From Myxococcota bacterium (GTDB taxonomy: Bacteria > Myxococcota > JACRCW01), in contig JBFMGU010000215.1 in NCBI GenBank assembly GCA_040752415.1, positions 1 to 17,756 on the forward strand: 17,756 bases of DNA, given 5' to 3'. Positions within the stretch are counted from its first letter, which is position 1. Each line of letters begins with the position of its first letter. The notes below the pieces were generated by a model. The model ran no database searches. It had not been told where the DNA came from and was given only the letters and a program-made list of their open reading frames with translations. Both the position numbers and the translations under genes were made by a program. Shown piece by piece: positions 8,458-16,386 of the stretch.

Positions 8458-9079
8458 AGTGCACCTCCGCCTCAATGCGCGTTCCCGTCGGGCCGGTCCG
8501 GATGTCAAAGCGGGATGCCAGTCGCTTGCAGCCCAGGATTCCCTGACCCAGTCCCGTGCGGCTGCGGTACTTGCCAGCGAGGATTTCCGGCAGGTTGGAG
8601 ATTCCCGGTCCCCGGTCCTCTGCAATCACCACGATGCACCGGGTTGCCTGTTCAGGTCGGAAGAGCAGGTGGCCACCCGGCGTGTACTTGACCACGTTCC
8701 TCGCCAATTCACTGGCCAGCGTGGCGAGCTTCTGGAGGCCGAAAGGCCCCACGCCCAGGGCTTCACAAATGTTCCGGGCCACGCTGCGACACTCCAGGAG
8801 GTCCTGCTCTCGTTGCAGCTCCACGCGGGCCTCAGGCAGGGCAGTGCCGTGCGTGGCCAGGGCCTGCAGGCGCGTCAGCAACTGGGTGCGCTCGGTCTCA
8901 TTGAGAAAGAGGCGCAAGGCGTTGCCCATGGTGTTGATGACCACGGGAATGTTGGCGGGGTTCAGCTCCTCGGCGCGCAGCGAGGCAAGGCGGATGGCAC
9001 GTTGGAGGACGCCCTCCGCGTTGATCGGTGACATGTACGCGCGGGACACCTGGAGCATCTCTTCGTAAATGCTTCGCAT
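8441..9079 (-). CDS. rsbT: RsbT-like switch kinase with ~80-aa N-terminal helical extension
   Basis: LATLASELARNVVKY, IAEDRGPGI, GKYRSRTGLGQGILGCKRLASRFDIRTGPTGTRI match RsbT. Start taken at ATG 9079 (MRSIYEE). Confidence 0.87.
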   Translation of the reverse strand: MRSIYEEMLQVSRAYMSPINAEGVLQRAIRLASLRAEELNPANIPVVINTMGNALRLFLNETERTQLLTRLQALATHGTALPEARVELQREQDLLECRSVARNICEALGVGPFGLQKLATLASELARNVVKYTPGGHLLFRPEQATRCIVVIAEDRGPGISNLPEILAGKYRSRTGLGQGILGCKRLASRFDIRTGPTGTRIEAEVHFDTAH

Positions 9080-9524
9080 GGAGCCCCCACCCGGCTGGCA
9101 CTCACCACCCGAGACGGGCATTGAACACCGTTCGTGGCGCGGGAATTTCCCAAGATCGCAAAATCCCTGCGCCGGGCCGCCGGCCGCGTGATTGCCTAAC
9201 CATGGCGAACCGGTCCTATGGGCTTGCGCGGACTGACCTGATGACCGCGCGAGGGTCAGTGCTGACGGGGCGCATTGTCCTCGTCGGCATCAGGACCGCC
9301 TCCGCGCGATCGGTGGCCCACCACGCCCACCTCTCGGTGGCGCCGTGGCTCCCGGTGGTGCTCGTGTGAAGCGCTGCTGGAGGTGGGCGTGGTCCGGCCG
9401 CGCAGGGGCTCCGTGAACGCGCTGCCCGTCGTTGCCGTGTGACTCATATCACGACGGTGCGAGCACGAGCGGTGCGCCTGGACCTAATCGTTGCTAAGTG
9501 ATCCCGCCGGGCAGTTCCGGTTCC

Positions 9525-10085
9525 TCACATCGTCGGCAGGAGCACAGCGTCGACGACATGGACCACCCCGTTGGACCCGGACACCGTGGCCAGGATGTTG
9601 GCGCCGTTCACCTTGACCTTGCCGTCGGGACCAACCGCCACGGTGACGCGGGTGCCGTCGGCCATGCCCAGCGTCTGGCCGTCGCGGAAGTCCTTGAGCT
9701 GCAAGGCCGGGACGGTGGCGTGGTGTTGCAGGATCTTCTTGAGCTCTCCCTTCTTCTCCGGTTTCAGCAGGCCCTCCACGGTTCCCGGCGGGAGCTTCTC
9801 GAAGGCGCCATTGGTGGGCGCGAAAACGGTGTAGATGCCGCCCGGACTGCCGAGCGTGTAGACCAGCTCGGAGGCTTTCACCGCGGCCACCAGGGTCGTG
9901 TGGTCCGGGGAGCTGACGGCAATGTCCAGCACGGTGTTGGCGCCCTGGGCGCGCGGTGGCGTCGCGGGTGGGGCCGCGGTGGGGGTGGGCTTGGCCGCCG
10001 GCGTGGGGAGCGTGGCCGAGGGCTGCGCCGCGCCGCTGCAACCAACGAGACCGGTCAGGACAATCACGCGAAAAGCTCGAAACAT
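9525..10085 (-). CDS. Fasciclin (FAS1) domain lipoprotein
   Basis: ATG 10085 with GAGGA SD; signal peptide and lipobox LVGC; Pro-rich linker; FAS1 motifs HTTLVAAVKA, YTVFAPTNGAF, ILQHH, SNGVVHVVDAVLLP. Confidence 0.92.
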   Translation of the reverse strand: MFRAFRVIVLTGLVGCSGAAQPSATLPTPAAKPTPTAAPPATPPRAQGANTVLDIAVSSPDHTTLVAAVKASELVYTLGSPGGIYTVFAPTNGAFEKLPPGTVEGLLKPEKKGELKKILQHHATVPALQLKDFRDGQTLGMADGTRVTVAVGPDGKVKVNGANILATVSGSNGVVHVVDAVLLPTM

Positions 10086-10125
10086 GGGTTCCTCGTGGGG
10101 ATGGTGGATTGGTGACCAGCGCCCT

Positions 10126-10141
10126 TGCACAACGCGGGCCT
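10126..10141 (-). promoter_or_regulatory. Possible sigma54 (-24/-12) promoter for the fasciclin gene
   Basis: Minus strand AGGCCCGCGTTGTGCA has exact GG-N10-GC spacing, 40 nt upstream of the ATG. Confidence 0.3.
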
Positions 10142-10274
10142 CTTTTTGACGACGAGGGGAGCCGTGCCGTGAGGTGTCAAAGCTGCGCCGTCGCCGCGCG
10201 GGGAATGCAAGCGCTTCGCGAAAGCGGGTACGGGAGGAGCAGGGCTGGCGCCGGGTCAGGCTAGGATGGGGGGT

Positions 10275-11846
10275 ATGGGTCCTGATGCCGCCGCGCCGGT
10301 GAAGCTGCTTGCCCCGCTGCCCAGCGGCGGCATGGCGGTGGTGTGGCGCGCGCGCCTGTCCGACGGCACGGCCGTGGCCTTCAAGCGCCTCCGCCCCGAG
10401 CTGCTCCGCGACCCCGACCTGCGCCAGATGTTCCAGGACGAGGCCCGCCTGTGTGAGCGGCTGGTGCATCCCCACATTGTCCGCCTGCTCAAGCACGGTG
10501 AGGACGGGGAGGGGCCGTTCCTGGCCTTCGAGCTCGTCGACGGTGCGGACCTGCGCGAGGTGCTCGCGGCGCGTGGGCGGCCTCTCACGTCGGAGGCGGT
10601 GCACGTGCTGGCCCGCGCGTTGTTGGGCGCGCTGGGGTACGCGCATGGACTTTCCGCCGCGGAAGGACGCTCGCTGGGCGTGGTGCACCGGGACGTCTCA
10701 CCGTCCAACGTGCTGCTCTCCCGCGCGGGCGAGGTGAAGCTGGCGGACTTTGGAGTGGCGGCCTCCGGCATCAAGACCCACCAGACGCGCTACGGCGAGC
10801 TCAAGGGCAAGTGCGCGTACATGTCGCCGGAGCAGACGCAGGGCGGCGTGCTCACCGCGTCCAGCGACCTCTTCTCCCTCGGCATCGTGTTGTGGGAGTG
10901 CGCCACGTGCCGCCCGCTCTTTGACCGCGCCACCGACGTCGACACGCTGCTGGCCGTGCGCGCCGCGGACGTGCCCGCCCTCGCCGCCGAGAGGCCCGAG
11001 CTGCCGGGACCGCTGACGGAGCTCATCCACCAACTCCTGCAGCGTGAGCCCGAAGCGCGCCCCGCTTCCGCGCTGGACGCGCTGCAGTCGCTGGATGCGC
11101 GCCTGGCTCCGCCGCAGACCGCGCAGCATGTCCGCGCGCTGGTGGACGAGCACCTCTCCCGCCAGTTGCCCGTCGAGGTTGCTCCCGCGCCCCGTCGACG
11201 ACGAACCCGCGTGGCGGAGGCCGCCGCCGTCGCTCCCGCGCCTTCCGTGGAGGCCGCTGCTCCGTCCAACACACCGCCTCCCGTCGTCGAGGCGGTTGCG
11301 GCGCCGGCGAAAACGTCGTGGTTGCCCGCGGTGGGGGGCGTGACGGCGTTGGGGGTGGCCGCCGGGTTGTACTTCGCGGGGCCCGCATCCCCGTCGGAAA
11401 CGCTCCCGCCCGCGGTGGTGACACCCGCGCCCGTGGTCGCGCCGCCCGTCGTGGCGCCACCACAGCCCGTCTCCGTGGCGACCACGGTGGAGCCCGCGCC
11501 CGTCGAGAAGAAGGAGGAGCCCGCGCCCACGCCTCGCCCGGTGCAACGCCTTCCCATCATTCCGCCGCGCACCGCCCGTCCCGCCGCAACACCCGCCAAT
11601 CCCGTCCCCCCCGCGGCGCAGGGACATGGGACGTTGGACCTGAACTCGGAACCGTGGGCGGAGGTTCTCGTCGACGATCAGCCCCTGGGCGCCAACACTC
11701 CCCTGCGCGGCGTCCGCGTGGCGGCGGGCCGGCGACGCATCACCTTCCGCAACCCGGTGCTGCAGCTCCAGCAGACGGTGACGGTGGACATTGCCAACGG
11801 GGAGCGGCGCACGGTGTCAGCGCGGCTGGTCCCCGAGGATCAGTAG
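10275..11846 (+). CDS. Hanks-type Ser/Thr protein kinase with a TM segment and C-terminal PEGA-like domain
   Basis: SGGMAVV, VAFKR, HPHIV, HRDVSPSN, KLADFG, KGKCAYMSPEQ, SDLFSLG; hydrophobic AVGGVTALGVAAGLYF; GTLDLNSEPWAEVLVD...TPL. Start is 10266 or 10275. Confidence 0.92.
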   Translation: MGPDAAAPVKLLAPLPSGGMAVVWRARLSDGTAVAFKRLRPELLRDPDLRQMFQDEARLCERLVHPHIVRLLKHGEDGEGPFLAFELVDGADLREVLAARGRPLTSEAVHVLARALLGALGYAHGLSAAEGRSLGVVHRDVSPSNVLLSRAGEVKLADFGVAASGIKTHQTRYGELKGKCAYMSPEQTQGGVLTASSDLFSLGIVLWECATCRPLFDRATDVDTLLAVRAADVPALAAERPELPGPLTELIHQLLQREPEARPASALDALQSLDARLAPPQTAQHVRALVDEHLSRQLPVEVAPAPRRRRTRVAEAAAVAPAPSVEAAAPSNTPPPVVEAVAAPAKTSWLPAVGGVTALGVAAGLYFAGPASPSETLPPAVVTPAPVVAPPVVAPPQPVSVATTVEPAPVEKKEEPAPTPRPVQRLPIIPPRTARPAATPANPVPPAAQGHGTLDLNSEPWAEVLVDDQPLGANTPLRGVRVAAGRRRITFRNPVLQLQQTVTVDIANGERRTVSARLVPEDQ

Positions 11847-12871
11847 GCTTCCTGCGGCGCGGGCTCGGGAGGCGCGGTGCGCTCCACCGGTTTCTCGTCG
11901 GGCGTGTCCAGCGGAGGCTGCGCCGGCTCTTCTTCCTCCTCGTCCTCTTCCAGCGCGTCGACGGGAGCCGGGGGCGTGGCCTCCTTGGCGGGCGGCTCGA
12001 ACCTGCCCCGGGGGACGGAGAACCAGTCGTAGTTGAGGGGCTCCTCGCCCGGCTCCAGGGTCCGACCCATCATCGCCGCAATGATGCCCACCGCCACGCC
12101 AGCCGCGACGTCGCCGCAGATGCGCAGCCCCACGTGGGCCAGCACCGCGCTCACCACGCCGGCAATCACGCTGAGCACGTAGGAGATGATGCCCACGTAG
12201 TACCCGATGATGAGCCCGATGTACGCGCCGATGATGCCGCCGTAGAGCGCACCCACCAGCGCCAATGCAAACGCGTTGCTGCTGCTGGCCCCGCCGGCGA
12301 ATCCCGCGCCCAGGCAGCCCAGGAACGCGCCCACCACAAAGCCGCCGACGACGAACGCCACCAGCGTCACCACGTAGCTCACCACCCCCACACCCACCCC
12401 CGCCACGGCGAGCGCGCCCGCCAGGATGGAGAGCACGGTGGTGATCAGCACGGGCACGTAGCCGCCCACCATCAGCGGCACGATGGGCACGCGGCGGTTC
12501 GCGAGCTTGCTGGCCATGTACCAGGCAAGGAAGCCGGTCAGCGCCGGCGCCGCCACGGCTTTGAGGACGAGGATGACGGCGCCCACGGGCCACAGCACCA
12601 CGGACACCACGTCGATGAGGAACATGGTGCCCGCAATGGCGAGCCCGGTGCTCAGCCCCGCCACCGACGGGTCACCCTTGATGGGATTCTTGCCCGGGTC
12701 GCTGGGCTCGACGTGGGGCGCGGCCTCGGGTTTTTGCGGCGCCTCCGGGGCCAGCTCGTCCATCTCGTCGTCGTCGTCCACCGCGGCGGAGGGCGGCGGC
12801 GAGGCGGCGGGGTTGGCCCACGTGCTCGTCGAGAACAGCAGCGCGCAGACCACCAGGAAAGCCCGGGCCAT
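11840..12871 (-). CDS. Hypothetical multi-pass membrane protein with signal peptide, glycine zipper and acidic/Pro-rich termini
   Basis: ATG 12871 with GGAGG SD; signal peptide MARAFLVVCALLFSTSTWA; about 230 aa almost uninterruptedly hydrophobic; stop overlaps the convergent kinase by 7 nt. Confidence 0.8.
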   Translation of the reverse strand: MARAFLVVCALLFSTSTWANPAASPPPSAAVDDDDEMDELAPEAPQKPEAAPHVEPSDPGKNPIKGDPSVAGLSTGLAIAGTMFLIDVVSVVLWPVGAVILVLKAVAAPALTGFLAWYMASKLANRRVPIVPLMVGGYVPVLITTVLSILAGALAVAGVGVGVVSYVVTLVAFVVGGFVVGAFLGCLGAGFAGGASSSNAFALALVGALYGGIIGAYIGLIIGYYVGIISYVLSVIAGVVSAVLAHVGLRICGDVAAGVAVGIIAAMMGRTLEPGEEPLNYDWFSVPRGRFEPPAKEATPPAPVDALEEDEEEEEPAQPPLDTPDEKPVERTAPPEPAPQEAY

Positions 12872-12936
12872 GGCCAACCCTCCACTCGGAGGGAATGGCT
12901 GGCCGCGACGGGAGTGTCAAGGTGGACGGGAGCGCG

Positions 12937-14748
12937 TCACTCCTCGCGCACGTTGAACTCGAAGCGCGCGCGCTGCTCGCCGTTGCGCGCCATGCACGCC
13001 AGCTCCAGCGTCCCAATCGGCGTGACGTGGGAGCGGATGTGCACGGGCAGCAGCTCGCCGGGCGTGCCGCTGGCGGTGGCCTCGATGGGCGGCAGCTCGG
13101 TCAGCTCGGCAATGTCCTTCACTTCCGCGCCCACGGTGTCGGTGCGTCGCGTGGTCGACGAGAAGAAGCGGAACTGCGCGGGCTCGCCGGTGACCAGGCC
13201 CATCTCTCCGGGCAGGTCCGTCTGGCTTCCCTCTTCCATGCCAAAGGGCGCCACGCACATGGCCTTGATGGGCGGCGGCACACCCGGCACCGCCGGCGCG
13301 TTGAGCTCAATGCCCACGTAGTACGCGCGCGCCGTGCCGCCGCGGATGCGCACGCCACCGCGCGCCTTCATGTGCGCGTAATAGCTGGCGCCCTTGGCCA
13401 CGGCGTGATCCAGGTCCTGTCCGCTCAGCACGCGCACCGGCTCGCTGCCTTCCGCCTTGAGCCACGTGTTGAGCACCTCCACCACGCGACCCTGCAGCGC
13501 TTCCGCCTTGAAGACACCGCCGTTGAACAGCACGCAGGTGGGGTGCAGGAAGGTGGCGCCTTGCGGCGTCTTGGCATGTTGCGCCGCCGCCGCGCCCAGC
13601 TGCTTGGCCAGGAATTCCGCCAGGTGCTTGGTGACGGCGGGATCCTGCGCGTAGGGCAGGCCCATCGTCGCCAGACCGGTGCGACGCGCCTTCACCGGCC
13701 GCGCATCCTGTCCCGCGCGCGGGAAGAAGCCTTCCACCAGTACGCTCACCAGCGTCTCGCGCTCCAGCTCGGTACGCATGGTGCCGCCCATGAGCTTGCT
13801 GCCGCGGCTGGCCAGCGCAATGGGGAAGGTGGCCAGGTCCGCGCGCGAGAAGAGCTGCTCCTTGGCCTCCCGACACGCGAAGGTCAGCGCCTGGAACTGC
13901 GCCTGGTCCAGCGTCTTGCCGCCCGCTTCCAGCTTGGCCTTGACGTGGTGCGCCAGGGCCAGGTCCATGTTGTCGCCGCCGAGGAGGATGTGGTCGCCCA
14001 CGGCGATGCGGTGGATATGCAGGGTGCCGTTCTCCTCGCCCACGGCCATGAGCGAGAGGTCGGTGGTGCCGCCGCCCACGTCGACGACGAGCACCACGTC
14101 GCCGGCCTTCAGCTCCCGGCGCCAGCTCTCTCCGCGCGCCGCCAGCCACGCGTAGAGCGCCGCCTGCGGCTCCTCCAGCAGCGTCATGTTCTCCAGGCCC
14201 GCGGCCCTGGCGGCCTCCGCGGTGAGCTCGCGCGCGCCGGGGTCAAAGCTGGCGGGCACGGTGAGCACCACGTCCTGCTTGGCCAGCTTCTCGCCCTTGC
14301 CGTGTGAGGCGTCCCACGCTTCACGCAGGTGCTGCAGGTAGCGCGTGCTGGCTTCCACCGGGGAGACCTTCTGCACGCCCTCCGGCGCGCCCCACGGCAG
14401 GATGGCGCCGCGCTTGTCCATGCTGCTGACGACGGAAAGCCAGCTCTTGGCCGACGAGACCAGGCGGTCCGGCACGCGGCTGCCCTGGCGGAGCGCGAAG
14501 AGGCCGGTGGCGTAGTCGCGGTTCTTGTCCCAGGGCAGCGCGGTGGCGCCGGCCTGCAGCTCGTGCTCGCCGGGGAGGTAGCAGAAGCTGGGGAGCAGCG
14601 GGCGGTTCTCCACCTCACCGGGGTTCACCACCTGCGGAATGTCCATGATGGCCGGCGGGACGGGGTCCTCGGTCTTGAACGGTGCGCTCGCCAGCGCGCA
14701 GTTGGTGGTCCCCAGGTCAATACCCACGGCAAACTTGTTCTCGCTCAC
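12937..14748 (-). CDS. Atypical Hsp70-family protein (not canonical DnaK)
   Basis: GIDLGTTNC, TVPASF, LLEEPQAA, VVDVGGGTTD, LLGGDNMD, VLFNGGVFK. Short C-terminus lacks a DnaK-type lid. GTG start 14748 overlaps the upstream stop. Confidence 0.92.
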   Translation of the reverse strand: MSENKFAVGIDLGTTNCALASAPFKTEDPVPPAIMDIPQVVNPGEVENRPLLPSFCYLPGEHELQAGATALPWDKNRDYATGLFALRQGSRVPDRLVSSAKSWLSVVSSMDKRGAILPWGAPEGVQKVSPVEASTRYLQHLREAWDASHGKGEKLAKQDVVLTVPASFDPGARELTAEAARAAGLENMTLLEEPQAALYAWLAARGESWRRELKAGDVVLVVDVGGGTTDLSLMAVGEENGTLHIHRIAVGDHILLGGDNMDLALAHHVKAKLEAGGKTLDQAQFQALTFACREAKEQLFSRADLATFPIALASRGSKLMGGTMRTELERETLVSVLVEGFFPRAGQDARPVKARRTGLATMGLPYAQDPAVTKHLAEFLAKQLGAAAAQHAKTPQGATFLHPTCVLFNGGVFKAEALQGRVVEVLNTWLKAEGSEPVRVLSGQDLDHAVAKGASYYAHMKARGGVRIRGGTARAYYVGIELNAPAVPGVPPPIKAMCVAPFGMEEGSQTDLPGEMGLVTGEPAQFRFFSSTTRRTDTVGAEVKDIAELTELPPIEATASGTPGELLPVHIRSHVTPIGTLELACMARNGEQRARFEFNVREE

Positions 14749-15329
14749 AGCTCGACCTCCGCGGGCGCCAGCACGGTGTGGTCCACGTCCTTGGGCGGCG
14801 TGGGGAGTTGCACCTGGGTGGCCCGCCACCCCCGGTGCTTCAGCTGACCCTTGAAGGGCGGGTTGCCCACCACCTTGCCGGTGAGCCGGATGCGGACGGG
14901 GTCAAAGCCCGCTTCCACCGTGTACGGCGTGCCCTCTTCCTGGGTCAGCAACGGTTCCACCTTCAGATACTGCTGCAGCGCCTTGCGACAACCCTCGTGC
15001 ACCACCCGCGCGGCCGCGCCCACGTCCTGGTCGGAGAACGTCGTCACGTCCTCCTGCAGGAAGTCCAGGAAGCGGCCCTCCCGCTGCAGCAGGGTGAGCA
15101 CGTGCAGCGCCGGCCCGGTGTGGTCCACCGCGGGCGCGGGAGCGGGCTTGGCGGGCACCTCCGGCAGTTTCTCGACGGGCTTGGGCGCGGGGAGCTCCCC
15201 GGCCATGGCCTGCTTGACCTGCTGGGCCAGCGCGGCGTCGAGGATGATGCGGAAGAACGCCACCAGGGCAATCACCAGGCGCGCGAAGAACGACGGCTGC
15301 AAGACAACCTCCACCCCGGCCTTGGGCAT
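14745..15329 (-). CDS. DUF2760 family protein with N-terminal hydrophobic anchor
   Basis: ALHVLTLLQREGRFLDFLQED...DVGAAARVVHEGC...GFDP..IRLTG.V.G.PPF.G.L.HRGW...LAPAEVEL. Alternative TTG start at 15302 follows a GGAGG. Confidence 0.88.
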   Translation of the reverse strand: MPKAGVEVVLQPSFFARLVIALVAFFRIILDAALAQQVKQAMAGELPAPKPVEKLPEVPAKPAPAPAVDHTGPALHVLTLLQREGRFLDFLQEDVTTFSDQDVGAAARVVHEGCRKALQQYLKVEPLLTQEEGTPYTVEAGFDPVRIRLTGKVVGNPPFKGQLKHRGWRATQVQLPTPPKDVDHTVLAPAEVEL

Positions 15330-15398
15330 GGGACGCGGGGCCGCGGATTCCTACCCGCCTTGGCGCCGTCTGCAAGTGCCCGCCGCTTCATTGGAAAG

Positions 15399-15427
15399 TT
15401 GAGCCCGGCTTGGGCGGCAGCTAGGGT
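15399..15427 (+). promoter_or_regulatory. Putative sigma70-type promoter for the Cys-rich lipoprotein
   Basis: TTGAGC (15399-15404), N17, TAGGGT (15422-15427), in the divergent intergenic region. Confidence 0.4.
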
Positions 15428-15470
15428 GCCACCCCCGTTGGTTTTCCCGTCTGCCAATTCGAGGGCTTCC

Positions 15471-16202
15471 ATGACCCGTTCCCGTGTCCCGTTCCTTGGT
15501 CTGACCGTGCTTGCCGGCGCCGCGCTGTGGGTGGCCTGCAGCGGCGGTGGTGAGTCGACGTCGTCATCCAGCTCCAGCAGCAGCGGAGGCGCGGCTTCTG
15601 GCTCTACGTCCTCCAGCGGTGCGGCCAGCTCCAGCGGCGCGGGGAACGGCAGCTCCAGCGGCGGGGGCAACGGCTCCACCAGCGGCGGGGGCAACGGCAG
15701 CTCGTCGGGTGGGAACAACGCCAGCTCCAGCGGCGGGGGCAACGGCTCCTCCAGCGGCTTCCAGTTCGACGCTGCCGGCTTCGAGAACGTGGACGCGGGC
15801 TTCGCTCCGTACCAGGGTGAGCCGGAGCCGGGCGTGAAGTGCGGGCGCACCGATGGTGGCTTCAACGTCTGCAGCCCCGACGCCGGCGAGCCCGTCTGCT
15901 GCCTGGACTTCTTCTCCGGTGGCACCAGCTGCACCTCGGACACTTGTCCCGGCTTTGGCTCGGTGGCGGTTCGCTGCGACGGTCCCGAGGATTGCGACAG
16001 CGCCCAGGTGTGCTGCTTCCAGGGCATTGGCGGCGCGTCCTGCGTGGCCAACGGCGGCTGCCAGTCCGGCGACCTCACGTATCAGCTCTGCAACGTCGAC
16101 AGCGACTGCCCGCAGGGATGGGGGTGTTGCTACAGCCAGACGCTAGCGGAATACACCGACGATATCGACGTCGGGGCCTGCGTTGAGGGCTGCGGGCAGT
16201 AA
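15471..16202 (+). CDS. Cys-rich lipoprotein with Ser/Gly linker
   Basis: Start reassigned to ATG 15471 (GAGGG upstream); MTRSRVPFLGLTVLAGAALWVAC lipobox; Ser/Gly/Asn linker; 18 Cys in the C-terminal ~120 aa. Confidence 0.85.
   Translation: MTRSRVPFLGLTVLAGAALWVACSGGGESTSSSSSSSSGGAASGSTSSSGAASSSGAGNGSSSGGGNGSTSGGGNGSSSGGNNASSSGGGNGSSSGFQFDAAGFENVDAGFAPYQGEPEPGVKCGRTDGGFNVCSPDAGEPVCCLDFFSGGTSCTSDTCPGFGSVAVRCDGPEDCDSAQVCCFQGIGGASCVANGGCQSGDLTYQLCNVDSDCPQGWGCCYSQTLAEYTDDIDVGACVEGCGQ
15627..15758 (+). repeat. 24-nt coding tandem repeat, 5.5 copies (SSSGGGNG)
   Basis: Consensus AGCTCCAGCGGCGGGGGCAACGGC with degenerate copies. Confidence 0.85.
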
Positions 16203-16386
16203 GCTCACCGGATACACTCTTGGCCGCTCGGGCCGGTGTGCTCCCGTCCACGGAGCCGCCGGCCCGAATTTTTTTCGGCGTCCGGCTTGACACCTTTGGT
16301 CGATTGGCCGTTCCATGGTGGTGCAGGGGGGGCATCCGTGACATGGCAGGGTTCTGAAGGGTGGATGGTGCGTCGTCGGAGTGAGC

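Noticed and set aside
5449..9031. Long plus-strand ORFs (5449-7023, 7520-9031) and similar ones at 52-969, 645-1559, 11318-13321 and 12895-14307
   Set aside because: Shadow ORFs typical of high-GC DNA; they lie opposite or out of frame with well-supported genes and show no motifs.
9181..9195. Sigma54-like CGGCCGCGTGATTGC on the plus strand
   Set aside because: Points away from the operon; the only downstream plus-strand ORF (9202-9369) is unconvincing.
12937..14748. Calling the Hsp70 dnaK
   Set aside because: Divergent motifs, no canonical substrate-binding lid, and DUF2760 context instead of grpE/dnaJ.
14682..15470. ORF-track N-terminal extensions (14682 for the Cys-rich lipoprotein; also 10688, 14829, 8625, 8284, 7721, 6978 and 5800 for other genes)
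   Set aside because: Most overlap real neighbouring genes; SD motifs, signal peptides and stop/start overlaps support the shorter starts.
15627..15758. Short direct repeats as a possible CRISPR array (also the 36-nt repeat at 17383-17526)
   Set aside because: Contiguous in-frame coding repeats with no spacers and no cas genes.
16258..16292. Imperfect hairpin around a T-run, followed by TTGACA
   Set aside because: The T-run sits in the loop rather than after the stem, and no -10 lies at the right spacing, so neither terminator nor promoter is supported.
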